IMG/VR virus record: IMGVR_UViG_3300014911_000002
Location: 1-64,000 of that record
DNA from: a virus
Reading direction: 5' to 3' (one strand)
Length of the DNA stretch: 64,000 nt
The notes under the pieces are model-generated. The model did not search any database, was not told where the DNA came from, and saw nothing but the letters and a program-made list of their open reading frames with translations. A program made the position numbers and the translations under genes. Positions 60,384 to 64,000 of the stretch are shown piece after piece. The number at the start of each line of letters is the position of its first letter. The stretch's first letter is position 1.

Positions 60384-60869
60384 TTAAATCAATACAAAAT
60401 ATGCAGAACCTCCAGAGATATGGATATCTAGTTGTGGTTCTATAAAATGGATTTTATAGTCTTCTCCAATATAAAAATTAACTGCATGGCTTCTTCCGTC
60501 TAATGTTTTTACAAATGCTACTCCCAAAGCTATATGATAATGCCGAGTAACATTTCTCCAGAAGTCAAATGCAAAATCATCGCAATCATATACCTCTTTA
60601 ACATATTTATGTTCATTTGTCTTGTCGTATTCCATCAAAGCATTTATATCGTCTTTATTCACCAGATAATACCAATTATCTATTATGACTATCATCGCCT
60701 GCGGAAAACCGTCTTCAAGAACATCCATTAGTTCCGTGAGGTATATTCGTTCCTTTAAATCTAATTTGGGTTTTTCTTCCAATTTCAGTGAAACTATACC
60801 TCTCCACCCGATTATCAATACCAAACCAAACAGAAACACCAAAACTTTTTTCCTTTTATTCATGGTCAT
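60384..60869 (-). CDS. Membrane-anchored papain/transglutaminase-like Cys-His protein
   Basis: N-terminal TM; YDCDDFA...SHAVN...IEPQ; paralog of 16668..17126. Confidence 0.7.
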   Translation of the reverse strand: MTMNKRKKVLVFLFGLVLIIGWRGIVSLKLEEKPKLDLKERIYLTELMDVLEDGFPQAMIVIIDNWYYLVNKDDINALMEYDKTNEHKYVKEVYDCDDFAFDFWRNVTRHYHIALGVAFVKTLDGRSHAVNFYIGEDYKIHFIEPQLDIHISGGSAYFVLI

Positions 60870-61254
60870 ATCTCCTTCTTATTAATCAGAAGCAAAATCT
60901 TCAAGGTAGTCTTCTTCTTTTATCTCTTTCCAATCATATACATAATTTACTTTTGGGAGCATATTTCACCACCAATATCTCTACTTAATGTGGTCTAGTT
61001 AGAACCATCAAACCAATACCAACAAGCATTTCAGAAATATTATTGGTAAACACACCTATCAGCCAAACTATAGCTCCGAATGTGCATAATGCATAATCCA
61101 TAATTTTTTCTAATGAATTGTCGTCTGAATTCATACTTCCACAATCACCTTTTTCCTATCTCCATCTATATACCCATTCTTTTCTTCAAGAATCTGGCAC
61201 ATCTCTTTCAAGCTTAAGATTCCCCAATCGATTTCTAAAATCAAGATTCCACCC

Positions 61255-61391
61255 AATACATGCCTTTAAAACGCACAGAAATCAATTCTGGGACGAGTTT
61301 TTTCTTCACAAGTATATTACCATTCGGAAGCGAAAAAAATCGATTCTGGGGCGTTTTAGACACGTTTAAAGCGAAATTTTGAGGGTAGTTG
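61255..61391. repeat. Dispersed palindromic element, copy 5
   Basis: GGACGAGTTTTTT, core CAAGTATATTACCATTCG (61309-61326), then TAGACACGTTTAAAGCGAAATTTTGAGGGTAGTTG as in the reverse complement of copy 3. Confidence 0.85.
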
Positions 61392-61446
61392 AACCTGCTT
61401 TTCTCTCCATCTCGATTTCTATTGCTATCCAGATGTATTTATTCCC

Positions 61447-61677
61447 CTATTTCCCCCTAATCACATAGATAAGCTCTTTCCCATCCTTGCATATCGCAAT
61501 CAAATGAATATTTAAGTTAGAAATTGCCAACGCTATAACATTCTCTTCTTGAATTTTCCTTCTAAATTCCTCATCATCTTCACATTCAATTATCCGTTTT
61601 GGCTTTTTAAACCTGTAATAAGACTTCCAATCATTTGTTTTTGCCAAAATCTTCCCAATTCTTACCATTATCATCAC
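61447..61677 (-). CDS. Hypothetical protein
   Basis: ORF on the coding strand. Confidence 0.5.
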   Translation of the reverse strand: MMIMVRIGKILAKTNDWKSYYRFKKPKRIIECEDDEEFRRKIQEENVIALAISNLNIHLIAICKDGKELIYVIRGK

Positions 61678-61703
61678 TACTTTTGACTATTTCCCTTTCT
61701 CCA

Positions 61704-62015
61704 TCAATCGCCAAAAAATCTCATTTCGCTTAACAGGTAATTATGAAGGCGTTTTAACGAAACTTCGGTATGAATTTTCTTATGGTCTTTTCTTTCAAGA
61801 GGAATAAGATTACCAACGTTATTATTAAATGGATTCAAATCCCTATGGTGAACTTCGTAATTCTCTGGAAGTTTTGAAAAGAGGCGTTCATAAACGAATC
61901 TTGCAAGGCTTTTAGTGATATAATGAGAGAAGCGGGTTTTTCTTACATAAATTCTACCATTACTTGGCTTGATTAAAAGTTCAACCTCACCGAGAGAAAT
62001 GAATTCATCATCCAT
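61704..62015 (-). CDS. HNH endonuclease-like protein
   Basis: EVHHRDLNPFNNNVGNL...DHKKIH. Confidence 0.8.
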   Translation of the reverse strand: MDDEFISLGEVELLIKPSNGRIYVRKTRFSHYITKSLARFVYERLFSKLPENYEVHHRDLNPFNNNVGNLIPLERKDHKKIHTEVSLKRLHNYLLSEMRFFGD

Positions 62016-62030
62016 CTTTCCCCTCTTTTC

Positions 62031-62375
62031 CTATGGAATTACGAATGTAGAAGCCAAGAGGCGTATAAATCCTATTGAAAATAAAAGCCAAGCCCAGATT
62101 TTGTCTTCCCTATACGCAATCATACTAAAGATGAGATAAAGGAATGAACCGATGATATAGACAATTGGAAATTTAATCAATAGGAAATAGGAAAGTGGAA
62201 TTAAGGTCATGACCGTCAGGGTGAATAATATCACATGGAATAATTTGATTTTTTCTTTACCATGAATAATGCGAGATAATTCCAAACCAGAGAAGGAAAC
62301 CTGAAGAATCATCACGGTAATATCGCAAATAAGCATCCCAAATCCATAAACTAGATATGTGGCTAAATCCAGCAT
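62031..62375 (-). CDS. Multi-TM membrane protein
   Basis: About four hydrophobic segments; GGTGA RBS. Confidence 0.65.
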   Translation of the reverse strand: MLDLATYLVYGFGMLICDITVMILQVSFSGLELSRIIHGKEKIKLFHVILFTLTVMTLIPLSYFLLIKFPIVYIIGSFLYLIFSMIAYREDKIWAWLLFSIGFIRLLASTFVIP

Positions 62376-62394
62376 TTTTTCACCATTTAACTAA

Positions 62395-62526
62395 TTAAGT
62401 TGCCTCATCATAGACTAATTCTTCACCACATTCTGGGCAAACTCTATCTTTTAATTGATTTGGAAAGTATTCTTTGCCACACCGCCTACAATACCAAATT
62501 CCAATTATGGGCTCGCCTTCTATCAT
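62395..62526 (-). CDS. Zn-ribbon microprotein (not in ORF track)
   Basis: Translated by hand: MIEGEPIIGIWYCRRCGKEYFPNQLKDRVCPECGEELVYDEAT. Confidence 0.6.
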   Translation of the reverse strand: MIEGEPIIGIWYCRRCGKEYFPNQLKDRVCPECGEELVYDEAT

Positions 62527-62553
62527 CTCATCATGTATTCAGAGAAGTTAATT

Positions 62554-62763
62554 CTATTCTTTCTTTAATTGCCGTTTTGCTTCTTTTAGGAATTTAATTA
62601 CTTCTTTTAGCTTTGTCTTATCCGAGAAATAACAAGCAGGGCAGAACAGACAAACCTTTGTGATTTTTGGGATTCTGGATTCCAGACTCGGATTCATCTC
62701 ACAGATTTTAGGGCTAATTTCCTTCTTTAACAGACAAAATTCTTCTTCTATTGTATCTACCAT
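62554..62763 (-). CDS. Small Cys-containing protein
   Basis: C...C...CLFCPAC. Confidence 0.5.
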   Translation of the reverse strand: MVDTIEEEFCLLKKEISPKICEMNPSLESRIPKITKVCLFCPACYFSDKTKLKEVIKFLKEAKRQLKKE

Positions 62764-62840
62764 CTTATCACAAAATCCAATTACGAATTTTATGCCCGTT
62801 TTAACTTTTTCCTAAATTAAAAAAAATAAGAGCGGTGGGA

Positions 62841-63146
62841 TTATAGCTTAAATAATTGCTTTGCTATCTGCTCTGTCAAACCAATTGCAGATTTTACTAT
62901 TCTTCCTCTCTCGGGGTGCTCGATAATTTTTCTTAATGTGTAAACTGTTCTCCTGCCATTCGGTGATATTGATTTCGATTTCACCAATTCTATAATTGTG
63001 TTGTCGCCTGTCTTAAATTCCTTCAGCACCTTTTCATCGAAATATATTGTCTTCCTACCGACGCTTATTGGCAATTTCCCCATCTCTGTTACCACGAACA
63101 TTCTTCCGCCCTCTATTACTATTTCTCCCAATTTTCCATTTCCCAT
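62841..63146 (-). CDS. Hypothetical protein
   Basis: GGAGGTG RBS before MGNGKLG; T-tract follows the stop. Confidence 0.65.
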   Translation of the reverse strand: MGNGKLGEIVIEGGRMFVVTEMGKLPISVGRKTIYFDEKVLKEFKTGDNTIIELVKSKSISPNGRRTVYTLRKIIEHPERGRIVKSAIGLTEQIAKQLFKL

Positions 63147-63189
63147 ACATACACCTCCTTCTGCCCCACTCTTCAGGTGGAGCAGATAA

Positions 63190-63221
63190 GGAATGGTGGG
63201 ATTCGAACCCAATTCCATTCC
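63190..63221 (-). ncRNA. tRNA minihelix-like element (acceptor stem plus T-arm only)
   Basis: GGAAUGG-AAU-UGGG-UUCGAAU-CCCA-CCAUUCC. Confidence 0.4.
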
Positions 63222-63239
63222 CTGATTGAATTTTAATCC

Positions 63240-63276
63240 TAAAAAAATAAAAAATGGGAGAGGAGAAACCTCTCCC
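63240..63276 (-). terminator. Hairpin plus long U-tract terminator
   Basis: GGGAGAGG-tttct-CCTCTCCC followed by ATTTTTTATTTTTT on the minus strand. Confidence 0.7.
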
Positions 63277-63572
63277 TAAAGCTATCGGGTTCATTTGAAT
63301 TACTAATTACGATTGCCTTTTGAATTTATGTATATTGTTTACTGATACTATTCCCTACCACCAATTAGGCAATAGGGAATAGAGAGGATTTCGTGTTCTA
63401 TGCTGGGCAACCCCAAACCCAGCAGGGGAATTAGAAATCCTCTAAAAGATTCCCCATCGTATTTTATCTCAATCCCAAATCAAAAAATTGACTTGGGATT
63501 TCATCGAAGGGATTTAATTCAATAATTTAAATCGTGAGGAAAGGCAATAAATTTTTGTTTTGCCCCTCCTCA
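63240..63572 (-). ncRNA. Candidate structured ncRNA (~330 nt)
   Basis: No credible ORF; about six stem-loops between a BRE-TATA motif and a terminator. Confidence 0.45.
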
Positions 63573-63590
63573 ACCAAAACGCAACCACAA

Positions 63591-63614
63591 CCGAAACCTT
63601 TAAAAACCTTTTGG
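63591..63614. promoter_or_regulatory. Archaeal BRE-TATA promoter, readable in both directions
   Basis: Plus strand CCGAAACC-TTTAAAAA; minus strand CCAAAAGG-TTTTTAAA. Confidence 0.55.
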
Positions 63615-63702
63615 TGGGTTTTCTCCTGTTGGACACCCAAAAATGTCGGGCAAAAAGCCGAATTTAAAATTAAAAATCAAAAAATAGAGGGGAAAGGAGG
63701 AA

Positions 63703-63993
63703 TTAATATCCTTCAAGTTTCACTTGATTATTTAGGAATTCATAGAATTTCTTTCTGTCGATTTCTGTTTTATCCATTACTTTGAATGGAAGCTTCACCA
63801 TAGAACCATCGGGAAGCCTAATTCTAAATCTCTCCACGAGAGGAATATCCATATTTAAGGCATATCTTCCAGAGGTCAATTCCTTTATTAATTCCTCGAG
63901 GTATTCAATTGGGTATTTCGGAAATCCAAAGTAATCAAGTAATTTAGGATTGCCAGCTTCTTCTTCCGCTTTTATCCATCGCAACATAGCCAC
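63703..63993 (-). CDS. Hypothetical protein (possibly 5' partial)
   Basis: ORF at the window edge followed by a pyrimidine/T-rich tract. Confidence 0.55.
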   Translation of the reverse strand: MAMLRWIKAEEEAGNPKLLDYFGFPKYPIEYLEELIKELTSGRYALNMDIPLVERFRIRLPDGSMVKLPFKVMDKTEIDRKKFYEFLNNQVKLEGY

Positions 63994-64000
63994 AATTGTT

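Larger units (their letters stand above)
1..64000. mobile_element. Segment of a tailed archaeal virus or provirus genome
   Basis: Tape measure and baseplate genes, dense small ORFs, two convergent transcription blocks meeting at ~17.2 kb, archaeal-type replication genes and RBS motifs; no ribosomal or other housekeeping operons. Confidence 0.88.

Noticed and set aside
2634-61391. CRISPR array or simple terminators as the explanation for the five repeats
   Set aside because: Copies are single, 10-22 kb apart and ~130 bp long, with no repeat-spacer structure; most lie within co-directional gene runs in either orientation
63150-63260. Complete tRNA gene
   Set aside because: Only acceptor-like and T stems are present; no D or anticodon arm
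1133-63785. Numerous antisense and alternate-frame ORFs in the track (e.g. 6720..7196, 23286..23786, 27239..27730, 31937..32470)
   Set aside because: They are shadows of well-supported genes on the opposite strand and have no motifs

Overview
The window looks like part of a large tailed (Caudoviricetes-like) virus or provirus of an anaerobic archaeon. Evidence: GGTGA/GGAGGT ribosome-binding sites, BRE-TATA promoter motifs, XPF/ERCC4, RadA-like ATPase, fused PriS-PriL primase, a TFB-like fold and a class III RNR. Bases 1-17126 (+) are a tail module: repeat fibre, tape measure, baseplate hub, DUF2341 protein, nuclease and a Cys-protease-like protein. Bases 17272-64000 (-) hold nonulosonic-acid/glycosylation/sulfur genes, nrdDG, replication-recombination genes, a phiEco32-type amidoligase/GATase/ATP-grasp cluster and many small ORFs. 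Top observations: (1) a ~4.2 kb cassette with two radical SAM/SPASM enzymes and two leader-plus-4-residue-repeat proteins sits inside the tail module, suggesting a RiPP-like system that modifies virion fibres; (2) that cassette splits the baseplate hub gene into two in-frame halves; (3) five dispersed intergenic ~130-bp palindromic elements with 10-11 bp TA phasing and a conserved 18-bp core; (4) a hairpin-rich candidate ncRNA and a tRNA minihelix-like element near 63.2-63.6 kb. All calls come from motif recognition by eye; no database searches were run.
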